From a virus (Duplodnaviria > Caudoviricetes), in IMG/VR virus record IMGVR_UViG_3300048881_000698, positions 64,001-128,000 of that record: a stretch of DNA of 64,000 nucleotides; one strand, written 5' to 3'. Below the pieces are notes generated by a model. That model ran no database searches, was not told the origin of the DNA, and saw nothing but the letters and a program-made list of their open reading frames with translations. A program made the translations under genes and the position numbers. This document shows positions 18,272-27,182 of the stretch, piece by piece; positions within the stretch are counted from its first letter, which is position 1; each line of letters opens with the position of its first letter.

Positions 18272-20041
18272 TTAACCCAAAAGGTCTTGCACAATGACGA
18301 TGCCATAGAAATCAGGTCGGACCATTTTCTTGGCATATCGAGTCATGACACCCTTACGGGGCACGAAGTCTTCAACACCGAAAATTGTCGGAGTGACCTG
18401 GAGAGGCACATAAGGAGCATAAACGTAGCCGCTCTCAAGGAACGAACCACCTTTACGACCTACAAGGAGTACATTCCTTGGGAAATAGGGGTCAACGTAG
18501 ACATCCCATTTCTTACTGAGGGAACCTGTCTTAACAGCTCCCACAGAGCCTCGATCAGTATCGCCAGTTACGTCGGCACGGAAGCCGCTGGTGAACTCAA
18601 GGACATTGGCAATCTCTGGTCCGCAAACAAGGAAGTTTGCGCCTCCGCGAAGAGTTTTACGATGAATCTGGGCAGACACATCATTAACCGTCTCAGCGAG
18701 AGTCTCGTACCATTCGGATACCGTACCAGTGAAATCGGGAGCAACCGTAGTTGCGCCAACTTCGTGACCACCTGTCCGATGCAAGAATTTGCCCGGGCTG
18801 CGAGACCAGTAATAGGTACCAGCAGTGGCGCCCTTGATAAGATCTTCAAGGATCTCACGGTCAATCTCAAGAGCAATTTGCTCAGAGAGAATACCAGTAA
18901 GCTCTACCTCGGCATCGAGGTTGTGATAAGCGTTAAGATCCTGACCAAGTTCAGGGGTCCATTTCGCCTTGAGCTTTTTGGTGACGGCCGTGACAGACAC
19001 ACTATCGACTTTGATGTCGATTTCCGGGATGAATGCATCATCCTCGAGGCCCCAAGTATTAGCCCCAACAACAGCACCTAGACCGCGTCCCGGAGTTTCC
19101 GTGACGTTATCAAAGTTATCAGTAATTGGGAAAGTGAAACCTAGTGAATCCGTCGAATCACGGGACGTGATGGTGTCGACGAGACGCGTGTCGTTGCCCT
19201 GGCCCGCATCATATTCGCCCGAGGGGGCTTCGAATACAAGCTGTAACATGAAATTGGCGCTACCCGGATCATCCGGAGCTGTAGAGCCAGAATGAATCGA
19301 AGTTAGTCGACGAATCAATCTAACACCACCCATGGTGGTTGAACCAGTCAGCGAAAGCCCGACAAGATTGTCAAGGTTAAGCTGAGCCAGGTGCGAACTA
19401 CCCGTCATTTTAGCAACAACACATACGGAGCCACTAAGATCCGGATCAAAACGCACAAGCTTATTCAGCGTTGTGTGAAGTTCTGGTTCCACACCTACGA
19501 CACCACCAGCGAGCAGCGCGAGGTTGTCGCTGTCGGCAAGAACGATTGAGCCAGTAGGCGAGGAATAGGCATTGTTAAGGTTGTAAAAGCCTTTCTCGGC
19601 ATTAGCGCCAGTAAGACTCACACCACCAGTAACCTGTTGACCTACAACTCCGCCGCCGTAGAGTGAATCTCCGGAAGCGCCGCCAGTATAGCCTAGACGA
19701 GTGTTGGTGTGCTGAAAATCCATGAAGAAGATCAGACCAGAGGGCAAACTCATGGGCTGAACACTTACTAGATCATTAGCGATGAGGCCGCCAAATACGC
19801 GTCGTACGAGCGGAAATGCTACAGCAGCAAACCCCTCGACGTCGCCCGCGGCCATTGTTGAAGCTTCTCGAAGAAGCTCCTTGGCTTGGTTCTCTAAGAG
19901 AACAGCCATTCCTGTTCGAAGGTTATCTTGGTCGATGCCCTCCAAAAGGCCAGTCTTCTCCCACTTATTAAGCAGGGCAGTACCTTCCTTTTGGAGATCT
20001 CGGTTAACGATACCCTCAGTTAACTTTTGTAATACAGACAT
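18272..20041 (-). CDS. gp23: Major capsid protein (gp23-like)
   Basis: PLVRRVF, VSVQPMSLPSGLIF, KLKAKWTPELGQDLNAYHNLDAEVEL, EIDREI, YAPYVPL, PRKGVMTRYA. Confidence 0.97.
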   Translation of the reverse strand: MSVLQKLTEGIVNRDLQKEGTALLNKWEKTGLLEGIDQDNLRTGMAVLLENQAKELLREASTMAAGDVEGFAAVAFPLVRRVFGGLIANDLVSVQPMSLPSGLIFFMDFQHTNTRLGYTGGASGDSLYGGGVVGQQVTGGVSLTGANAEKGFYNLNNAYSSPTGSIVLADSDNLALLAGGVVGVEPELHTTLNKLVRFDPDLSGSVCVVAKMTGSSHLAQLNLDNLVGLSLTGSTTMGGVRLIRRLTSIHSGSTAPDDPGSANFMLQLVFEAPSGEYDAGQGNDTRLVDTITSRDSTDSLGFTFPITDNFDNVTETPGRGLGAVVGANTWGLEDDAFIPEIDIKVDSVSVTAVTKKLKAKWTPELGQDLNAYHNLDAEVELTGILSEQIALEIDREILEDLIKGATAGTYYWSRSPGKFLHRTGGHEVGATTVAPDFTGTVSEWYETLAETVNDVSAQIHRKTLRGGANFLVCGPEIANVLEFTSGFRADVTGDTDRGSVGAVKTGSLSKKWDVYVDPYFPRNVLLVGRKGGSFLESGYVYAPYVPLQVTPTIFGVEDFVPRKGVMTRYAKKMVRPDFYGIVIVQDLLG

Positions 20042-20057
20042 TTTATTAATCTCCTTT

Positions 20058-21488
20058 TTATTTAATACCTGCTAAGATCTTCCAACGATCCGATATCGGA
20101 TCTGAAGGTTTTGTCACGTCTTGTTTACGTGGCAAAAGTGTCGAGGGGCGTCTAACTACTTCGCTAAGTGATTCCGGTCCACGATCTTTTTTAGTGGCCC
20201 GCACCGTGCTTTGAAGAGTTTCGTAAATAACTTTCGCCTCCTCAACTGACTGAACTTTTGAAATCGCATCAGCAATTTTGTTTTTTTGCCGCTCATTCAT
20301 GGAGTCGCTATTCAAAGTCCTGTTCGTGTAAAGCAATTTTGCATTTGTAAGATTGACTTCGTGAAGTCTATTCTTCAATTTAACAAGCAAGCTTTCATAT
20401 TGTTTATTTTTTTCATTTAAAGTTTTAAAATGTTTATCATATCTTTTTAAAGATTCTTTAAGTTTAGTATTTTCTTGTGTAATTTGTGTTTCAAGATTAG
20501 TTCCAACGCCTGGTGTCAATCTTGAAGGAGTTTCATTTCCTAATTGCGCATTGAGTATATCTAAATTTTCTTCGTCGAGCGCACGATTGCTGCCGCCGCC
20601 AGGTTGACCGGTCGGAACAGCTTGAACGTCTACAGCGAGTGCTTCTAGAATTTCAGCCAAATCAGACTCGTTAAGTTGCATTTCATCATCTTCTTCCTCT
20701 TCTTCACCCTCTTCATCGTCTTCATCGTCGACAGTGGCAGTATTATCAAATGGGTTGTCACCGCCTTCAACAGGCTCAAAGTCCATATCGTCCTCGTCGT
20801 CGTTGGTATCAACCGTAGTGGAAAGACCCTCTGCACCGGCTTGCACAGCTAAGCTATGTACTGCAGCCATGGCCAGAGAAGCTAAATCTTCGGGATCCAC
20901 GTCTTCAATTTCAATTGTGTTTTCGTCGTCTTCTTCGTCGTCTTCTTCATCGTACTCTTCATCGTACTCTTCTGGTTCTGGACCCATCAGCGGGCAATCT
21001 TCTAGTACAAGAAAGATTTCATCGTCGGCAAGTTCGTGTTCCATCATCATCATTTCTTCTCCTGGTGGGCCACCCATCATTTCAGGGCCCATGGGCGCGC
21101 CGGCTGGTGGCTGTCCCGCCGCTACTTGATCTTCGTCGGCCATTCTTCGAAGCTGACTGAAACTAATATCTACTTTTTCTTCTTCATCCGGACATGGGCA
21201 AAGTTCTTCACCTTCCGTTGCAGCTAAAGGAATTTCATCAACTAGGGCAGAAGGCGGTGCGGTTGGCGGCATGCCCATTCCCATTTCAGGCGGCATGCCC
21301 ATCCCCATTTCAGGCGGCATGCCCATTCCCATGGGATCTTCTCCTGGCATAGGCTGCTCGAGCAAAACTTCTATTGCTTCTTTAATTTCTTTAGAATACT
21401 TCTCAATAATAGTTTGCTCTGCGTTTTTGAGCGCAGCTTCTTTCAGTGCTTCTGCATCGACGATAGCCTGTTCCAACATTTGCGACAT
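20058..21488 (-). CDS. Prohead core scaffolding protein (gp22-like)
   Basis: Immediately upstream of the MCP; acidic low-complexity middle, C-terminal coiled coil, ends RWKILAGIK. Confidence 0.7.
   Translation of the reverse strand: MSQMLEQAIVDAEALKEAALKNAEQTIIEKYSKEIKEAIEVLLEQPMPGEDPMGMGMPPEMGMGMPPEMGMGMPPTAPPSALVDEIPLAATEGEELCPCPDEEEKVDISFSQLRRMADEDQVAAGQPPAGAPMGPEMMGGPPGEEMMMMEHELADDEIFLVLEDCPLMGPEPEEYDEEYDEEDDEEDDENTIEIEDVDPEDLASLAMAAVHSLAVQAGAEGLSTTVDTNDDEDDMDFEPVEGGDNPFDNTATVDDEDDEEGEEEEEDDEMQLNESDLAEILEALAVDVQAVPTGQPGGGSNRALDEENLDILNAQLGNETPSRLTPGVGTNLETQITQENTKLKESLKRYDKHFKTLNEKNKQYESLLVKLKNRLHEVNLTNAKLLYTNRTLNSDSMNERQKNKIADAISKVQSVEEAKVIYETLQSTVRATKKDRGPESLSEVVRRPSTLLPRKQDVTKPSDPISDRWKILAGIK
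21265..21332. repeat. 24-bp tandem repeat (about 2.8 copies) encoding MGMGMPPE
   Basis: ggcggcatgcccattcccatttca units. Confidence 0.9.
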
Positions 21489-21521
21489 TTAGCTTTCTCC
21501 AAGGGCATTATTAGCTAAAAA

Positions 21522-21529
21522 TAAATAGT
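21522..21529 (-). promoter_or_regulatory. Candidate late promoter ACTATTTA (scaffold-MCP)
   Basis: Intergenic, 34 nt upstream of the ATG. Confidence 0.6.
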
Positions 21530-21559
21530 ATGTTATACAGGTAAATGACAAAACTAGTT

Positions 21560-22036
21560 TTAATCAGAAATTCCAGGCCAGCCGACACCATCGGTATCCG
21601 ACTCGTTGGCGTAGAGGCGACCTAGTGATCCAGTTGGAATTGAGGTCAACTCAGCAAAAACTTGAAAGGCAGCGTCTCCAGAATAAGAACCATCGCCAGA
21701 AATATACATTCTATCAACTTTGACAGCGGCGTCAAAAGCATCTTCGTGTGTATCTAAAGTGATATAATGAAGATTGCCAATCACATTATTTGTATTGCCT
21801 TTGCTACAAAAATGAACTCTTATTTCTTTATCCGCTCGATTGATAACTGTGATTCTTCTTGTGACATACGGAAATTTGATTTCCATCTCTTGGTCGTTCA
21901 AATGATTAGCTGATCCGGTTATATAAGGGTACCCGGACACCATGTACGCTGACGTATTACCAATACCTTGTTGCCATTGCGTTCCAGAGCGACGTGGTAC
22001 TGCCTGCATTTCCCCCCAAGTTTTATGACTTCCCAT
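21560..22036 (-). CDS. Hypothetical (probable virion) protein, 158 aa
   Basis: GAGG SD, upstream ACTACTTA motif, located in the head module. Confidence 0.7.
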   Translation of the reverse strand: MGSHKTWGEMQAVPRRSGTQWQQGIGNTSAYMVSGYPYITGSANHLNDQEMEIKFPYVTRRITVINRADKEIRVHFCSKGNTNNVIGNLHYITLDTHEDAFDAAVKVDRMYISGDGSYSGDAAFQVFAELTSIPTGSLGRLYANESDTDGVGWPGISD

Positions 22037-22064
22037 CTTTATACCTCAATTTAGCTTGCTAATA

Positions 22065-22286
22065 TTAAGTAGTTTCGTCTTTTTCTTTTGCCCTATCTAT
22101 CGTATTCTTCCGTCTCTTGGCTGTTCTTCTTTTAACTTCGGAAGGTTTTTCATAATACATATTTTCTTTAAATTCTTCGATTATTCTTTCTTTCTTAATT
22201 TTTTTCGAAAATCTCTTTATGGTTCTCTCAATTGGTTCGTTCTTCTTTGGATATACTTCCACGTTTATAGGGCGGCGGCTACTCAT
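22065..22286 (-). CDS. rpsU: Phage-encoded 30S ribosomal protein bS21
   Basis: VEV...NEPIERTIKRFSKKIKKERIIEEFKENMYYEKPSEVKRR matches the bS21 consensus; 73 aa, basic. Confidence 0.9.
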   Translation of the reverse strand: MSSRRPINVEVYPKKNEPIERTIKRFSKKIKKERIIEEFKENMYYEKPSEVKRRTAKRRKNTIDRAKEKDETT

Positions 22287-22735
22287 TTTTTATCCCCAAC
22301 AAGACTCTTCCATACACCAGTCTTATCCATGAGTCCAGAAATATCTATTCCTGGATCGGAAGGGTCGCGGCCTGATAAAGGACTCGTATCGGGCAGATCT
22401 GACCTAGGTTCGCCACCTTTTGCTAGCGGCTCAGTATTCTCGAACAAATCAATTCCATTATAAGATGATTGCCCTATTGCTTCCAACATTTGATGTCTTG
22501 TTTCTTTTATTTGTTGCCTTTGTGCAACCTTATGTTGTTCTTGCAGATTTTGACCAGCTGCAACTGGAGGTTGGATATTTTTAGATTTGGTCCTGGTTTC
22601 TAATACAACGCCAGAACTAAGCCCAGTTACGACTTCGGAAATAATACTCGATAAAATGCCCTCTTCAAAAAGCACCTCTTTGATACATTGTTTTACAAGG
22701 GGTTTCAAAAGATTTCTCAACTCATTTTTTTTCAT
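22283..22735 (-). CDS. Hypothetical prohead core-type protein, 150 aa
   Basis: N-terminal LxxLLKxLVKxxIKEVL pattern; coupled to the protease gene. Confidence 0.65.
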   Translation of the reverse strand: MKKNELRNLLKPLVKQCIKEVLFEEGILSSIISEVVTGLSSGVVLETRTKSKNIQPPVAAGQNLQEQHKVAQRQQIKETRHQMLEAIGQSSYNGIDLFENTEPLAKGGEPRSDLPDTSPLSGRDPSDPGIDISGLMDKTGVWKSLVGDKK

Positions 22736-23343
22736 TACCCACCTCTAAGTATTTCATTAAGCGCTCTGTTAATACGATCCGCTTTGTTAAAGATCCTATT
22801 AAGATTAACATTTTTCCCTTCGCTCACCATAAACGCACCGGTTGTTGATGGTTCCGATACAAAATCAAAACAAATCAATTGAAAGTCATCTTCAACAATA
22901 GTATCTCCGTTTGCCTCTTTTACTGAACCTAAACCCCTAGATGATATCCCAAGCTTGACACCAGCTTTTACAAGCTCTTTCAATACCTGGCCTGATGGGG
23001 TATCAAGAACTTGAACTTTGCCCATAACATCATCACCATTCCACCAAACCTCCGTTACTAGATGCGACGCATTTTTAAGATTAATCACTTGATCGTCAGG
23101 GTGGTCTAACTCGCCAAGGGCCCTACGCTCTTTTACTAATTTTTTATAGTTTTCGACCTCTCTTTCTAGGATTTCTCTGCCATATATTCGACCATTGCCA
23201 TTTTTTACATTAGCCTTTTGCATAACACCTGTAAGAAACACATGACCATTTCTAACCATTTTCTTCTCTGCTTCAGTTAGAAAATCTTGACAGGCGCCGC
23301 CTTCACAAAGTTCATAATATTCCCTTAATAGTTGTTTTGACAT
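22735..23343 (-). CDS. gp21: Prohead core protease (gp21-like)
   Basis: KNGNGRIY, ALGELDHP, NASH, LDTPSG, GISSRGLGS, DFVSEPS. Confidence 0.95.
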   Translation of the reverse strand: MSKQLLREYYELCEGGACQDFLTEAEKKMVRNGHVFLTGVMQKANVKNGNGRIYGREILEREVENYKKLVKERRALGELDHPDDQVINLKNASHLVTEVWWNGDDVMGKVQVLDTPSGQVLKELVKAGVKLGISSRGLGSVKEANGDTIVEDDFQLICFDFVSEPSTTGAFMVSEGKNVNLNRIFNKADRINRALNEILRGG

Positions 23344-23345
23344 AG

Positions 23346-23402
23346 CTATGAGCCTTTACAGCAATGTCTTACTGGTTGTAACATCCATTTTTTAGTATAC
23401 AT
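23346..23402 (-). CDS. Unannotated 18-aa peptide MYTKKWMLQPVRHCCKGS
   Basis: ATG overlaps the upstream TAA (TAATG), preceded by GAGGAG. It fills the gap exactly and stops 2 nt before the protease ATG. Confidence 0.6.
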   Translation of the reverse strand: MYTKKWMLQPVRHCCKGS

Positions 23403-23713
23403 TATAATTCTCCTCTAATTTGCAAACCATTGTCATCAATTAACGAACATAGAGTATATGAGGTGCCTGAACTTAAACAACCTAAAAGAAGATAACTGAT
23501 CAATGTGTGCTCAAACGTAAATAGTTCTGTATAATCGTTTATTCCGCACAAAAATAGACCTGTCCAGAACCCCACGCACATTGGACAGTGAAGAAGTTCG
23601 CACAACCAGTCCGAACAGCTTGAAACTCCTTCGCGAACAAATTTAAAAATATGACTATAAACAATAATTGATGTCATGCCATACGCGCATAGGATAAAAT
23701 AAATAAGTTCCAT
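23402..23713 (-). CDS. Small membrane protein with CxxC (DUF1360-like)
   Basis: Hydrophobic segments and LLHCPMCVGFW. Confidence 0.6.
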   Translation of the reverse strand: MELIYFILCAYGMTSIIVYSHIFKFVREGVSSCSDWLCELLHCPMCVGFWTGLFLCGINDYTELFTFEHTLISYLLLGCLSSGTSYTLCSLIDDNGLQIRGEL

Positions 23714-24334
23714 TTAATACCTGTAAAATGAAGTCATACCGTACGGGCCACGAATATACCCAGGTCGCAAAGAACCCTTCTTTTCTTGGTGCGGAACTTC
23801 GCCAAGTTCCGTAGAATCTTCATCGTCTGGATTGGTAAGGTCACTGACGAGTTGTTTTTCCTGCCTCTTAAACAATGAATAAAATGGGGCTTCTTCTTTC
23901 ATAAATTTTCCTATAAGGAAAACCGCCATCTCTAAAGGATCTACAGTATCATCATAAGATGGAACCATTTTTCCTTCCATGGATCCGTAAACGTTGCCAC
24001 CATGCACACTATATGAATCTATAATACCTTTTTTTACTAAAAAATAAAAAAGTCTGTCTTGTGCAGGGTAAGTAGAATCTGTTATCTCATCCTTTGGAAA
24101 CGCAACAACTTTATTTTTAGCGGGCATGATTATAACATCGAGGTCCTCATGATCAAGAATCATAAGATTCCCATCAACAGATTTACGAATTTTGAGAGAC
24201 ATCTTTTCTTGAACTTTAGGTTTCGGCGGAGGAACCAGTGGCCCTGATGCTGGCATTGCCTCTCTGTCACCCACCCTAATCGTAATTGGATCTGGCGATT
24301 TTGCCGCATCTCCTATTTCAACATTAATTGTCAT
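23714..24334 (-). CDS. Hypothetical protein, 206 aa
   Basis: ORF in the portal operon. Confidence 0.7.
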   Translation of the reverse strand: MTINVEIGDAAKSPDPITIRVGDREAMPASGPLVPPPKPKVQEKMSLKIRKSVDGNLMILDHEDLDVIIMPAKNKVVAFPKDEITDSTYPAQDRLFYFLVKKGIIDSYSVHGGNVYGSMEGKMVPSYDDTVDPLEMAVFLIGKFMKEEAPFYSLFKRQEKQLVSDLTNPDDEDSTELGEVPHQEKKGSLRPGYIRGPYGMTSFYRY

Positions 24335-25157
24335 TTTCTTTTAACTCCAGTTCCTTAGTCAAACCTTGAACTTGAAGAACCTTCTTTATCATTTTGTTGT
24401 CAATTGCCTGAAGGTGGAAACTTTCCAGCAGTTCTAGGACTTCTTTAGTTTTTCTAATCATGTCAGAATCGTTTTTAATTTCTTTTACATTCAAGGAACC
24501 CTGAACCACTCGTTTTAATCTGCCAACTTCCTCATTCAAATACATTTTTAATTCAAGTCCGTTGTCTGCGAAAAACGAAATGTATTTAGACAATAACTCT
24601 TTTTGTTCAGCAAGTAGTGCTCCGGAGTATTGTTTATTAAATTTTTCAATAAATGTTTTATAAACCAAATTATCAATTGGCTTTAAATCCATTTTCTCTG
24701 TGTTTTCTTTTGATAGTCTAGAAATCAAATTTTCTTCTAAGACGACTCTTTTTTTAATAGAAATCTCATCATCAAATATCTGATTAATAGTAGCCAAATT
24801 TTTATAGTTTGGAACAAAATTTGAAAAAATAGATTTAGAAAACATTTTATTCATTTTATTAATAAGAGCTGTTTGTTCTCTAAAAAGCTGCTTTTTGTCT
24901 AAATCTGTATGCCTTCTACGAACTTCAAAAATTAACTTTTCCGCCACGTACGGAGTGACAGCCTCATCATCATGCAAAGTCTTATACAATTCCAACTCTT
25001 TTCCTAATAAAGTATTTTTATCAAAGTGTTCTTTAATCAAAGTAACAAGTCTACCTTTTTTTTGTTCGTTTTTTTGAACAGTAGCACTGGTTAACTCTTT
25101 GATAAGGGCTTCATAAAGAAAAGCAGTATTTCTTTTTTTATTATGTCTTAGCTTCAC
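24324..25157 (-). CDS. Hypothetical helical protein, 277 aa (portal-adjacent)
   Basis: MKLRHNKKRNTAFLYEAL; overlaps the portal gene end. Confidence 0.75.
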   Translation of the reverse strand: MKLRHNKKRNTAFLYEALIKELTSATVQKNEQKKGRLVTLIKEHFDKNTLLGKELELYKTLHDDEAVTPYVAEKLIFEVRRRHTDLDKKQLFREQTALINKMNKMFSKSIFSNFVPNYKNLATINQIFDDEISIKKRVVLEENLISRLSKENTEKMDLKPIDNLVYKTFIEKFNKQYSGALLAEQKELLSKYISFFADNGLELKMYLNEEVGRLKRVVQGSLNVKEIKNDSDMIRKTKEVLELLESFHLQAIDNKMIKKVLQVQGLTKELELKENDN

Positions 25158-27177
25158 TTTTTTTCCCTTTTATTTCTAATTCAGAAATTAATTCTTTAAT
25201 TTCTCTATCGACTGCAAACAACAATTCTTCATCGTTCTTATAATTAGTTTCTTCGCCTTCATAAAGACCTCTCCAAATTCCTTGGAAATCTGAATGTCCT
25301 GGATGTATTTTTCTAGGCGTGCTCATTTCGGGCCTGGCATGGCTTAAGTAGTTCTTTCGACGGCCGCCTTGGTACCGCTTATCATATGCAACAGGAGTGT
25401 ACCACTTGTCTTTGGAAGCGGCGGTTGTTGTTTGCGGCCGGCCAAGGGGGACTCTTTGCTGAGTTTTGTACCAATTAATATCTCGTTTGGCGGGAGGTGC
25501 TGCTAATAGAGCCGTTTCTTCACCTCCCTCTGCTGGTGCGCCTTCTTCTGCCGGTGTGCCTTCTTCTGCCGGTGCGCCTTCTTCCGCTGGCGCAGCGCCT
25601 TCTGCTGGAGCACCTTCTGCCGCTGGTTCACCGAGTGCTAGCGGATCGCCTCCTTCTGCTGGAGCGCCTCCGGGGGCTCCCAAAGGAGTCTGTTGCGCTT
25701 GTTGCATAAGTTCTTGAGATGTTAATTCGATTTCAGCTTCTAGAGCAACATCAAATTTTCTATCATGAAACATTTCTCTTTGGTTTCTAATAAACTCTTC
25801 ATCCGACATGCCGAAGAGATGTTCTGCAAGCCAACGTTTACTAAAAAAGCCTTCCGTAGCAGAACCGGCAGTATCAAATTTCATTCTCCAATGTTCCAGC
25901 TCTTGCAATTCTGCTATTTTAGATGGATTGCTTAACGAAAGTTTAAATGAAATGAGGTCTTTTCCGCGATAACCTATCGTATACAAATGAATAACGCCTA
26001 TTTTTTCAAGTTCTGCAATCAATGATCTTTGCAATCTTTGAATCGTTCTTGCAAAACGGATGTCTTTTTGTGCAAGAGTTGTTTTATCTTCCGTATCGGC
26101 ACCTTCGCCCTGGAAAAGATAAGCTTGTGGAACCTTAAGAGCTGCAAATAGTTTATTTTTTAGATATTTAATATCATCGATATCCCCAGTATATGCTCCG
26201 CCGGCTAGTGACTCAATTTTGGTAAACTGTGTTCCTCCTCGAACAGGGACAAAATAATCCTCCTCAATGCTTAGAGGATTGTAGCGTAAATCAACACGGC
26301 CAGTGTTTGAATCAACAACCTGATTGCGCTTCATCTGTGTCATGACTTTTTGCATATATTGCTCGACGTCTTCTGGGTTGACACCGCCAACGTCAACATA
26401 GAATACACGGCGTTCAGGTGAGCGAACAATACGATAAGCCATCACTGCATCTTCAAGAAGTGTTAACTGTCTCCAAATTCTCCTACAAGCTTCAAGAACG
26501 CTAGTGCCATATGGCGCATATTTGTCATTTCCTAAGATTCTAAAGTGTGCCATCTGCCAATTTTCGAAAGTTAACCCACCTGAATTCCATTGATATTGAA
26601 CATAGTTTGGATTTGTTTTATCTTCTCCCTCGAGTCTTTCTATTTCTGAAGTTGGTATACCTATCGCATTTTGAATTCCTTTTTCTTCATCCAAATCTAG
26701 ATACAAGAAAAAGTCACCAAACTTACACATTGTACGACACCAGCCAAATAAATTATGCTCGAGATTCAAGACCTTGTGATAAAGATCAGAGAGAAGCAAC
26801 TTAATTTCTTCGTTTGGACATTTAATTGTTAAAAGTGGTTGCAACTCTGATGACGTTGACATCTCATCTGCGTATATATCCAAAGAAGAAGCAATGATCG
26901 GTTCATATTCCATTTGCTCAAAATCAGCGTATCTTTCAACTCGATTTTGATTAGAAAGAATGTTTGAAGTTAAATTTTCGAATGTGTCATACGATGTTTT
27001 TTTAAATTGTTTTCCACTAGCAGATGTAAATTTGCTAGCAAACTTATCTAATTGCCTACGCTTATTTCTCCTAGGGATTTGCTTTCGATAGTTTACAAGA
27101 GGACCGGAAAATAACTTTGTTAATTGTTTAAATAAGGGAGTATCCGGATTTCTTGTATTTTTTGTATTTTTTGCCAT
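25141..27177 (-). CDS. gp20: Portal vertex protein (gp20-like)
   Basis: LLEDAVMAYRIVRSPERRVFYVDVG, EEDYFVPVRG, DIDDIKYL, ALKVP, DIRFARTIQRLQ. Confidence 0.95.
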   Translation of the reverse strand: MAKNTKNTRNPDTPLFKQLTKLFSGPLVNYRKQIPRRNKRRQLDKFASKFTSASGKQFKKTSYDTFENLTSNILSNQNRVERYADFEQMEYEPIIASSLDIYADEMSTSSELQPLLTIKCPNEEIKLLLSDLYHKVLNLEHNLFGWCRTMCKFGDFFLYLDLDEEKGIQNAIGIPTSEIERLEGEDKTNPNYVQYQWNSGGLTFENWQMAHFRILGNDKYAPYGTSVLEACRRIWRQLTLLEDAVMAYRIVRSPERRVFYVDVGGVNPEDVEQYMQKVMTQMKRNQVVDSNTGRVDLRYNPLSIEEDYFVPVRGGTQFTKIESLAGGAYTGDIDDIKYLKNKLFAALKVPQAYLFQGEGADTEDKTTLAQKDIRFARTIQRLQRSLIAELEKIGVIHLYTIGYRGKDLISFKLSLSNPSKIAELQELEHWRMKFDTAGSATEGFFSKRWLAEHLFGMSDEEFIRNQREMFHDRKFDVALEAEIELTSQELMQQAQQTPLGAPGGAPAEGGDPLALGEPAAEGAPAEGAAPAEEGAPAEEGTPAEEGAPAEGGEETALLAAPPAKRDINWYKTQQRVPLGRPQTTTAASKDKWYTPVAYDKRYQGGRRKNYLSHARPEMSTPRKIHPGHSDFQGIWRGLYEGEETNYKNDEELLFAVDREIKELISELEIKGKKSEAKT
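25497..25680 (-). repeat. Low-complexity PAEEGA repeats in the portal C-terminal region
   Basis: Imperfect 18-bp units (ggtgcgccttcttctgcc). Confidence 0.8.
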
Positions 27178-27182
27178 AAATA

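Noticed and set aside
18104-19081. 325-aa plus-strand ORF
   Set aside because: Antisense shadow of the major capsid gene with no motifs. The same applies to the other plus-strand ORFs in the track.
21265-25680. Short tandem repeats as a CRISPR array
   Set aside because: They are in-frame low-complexity peptide repeats (MGMGMPPE, PAEEGA) without unique spacers.
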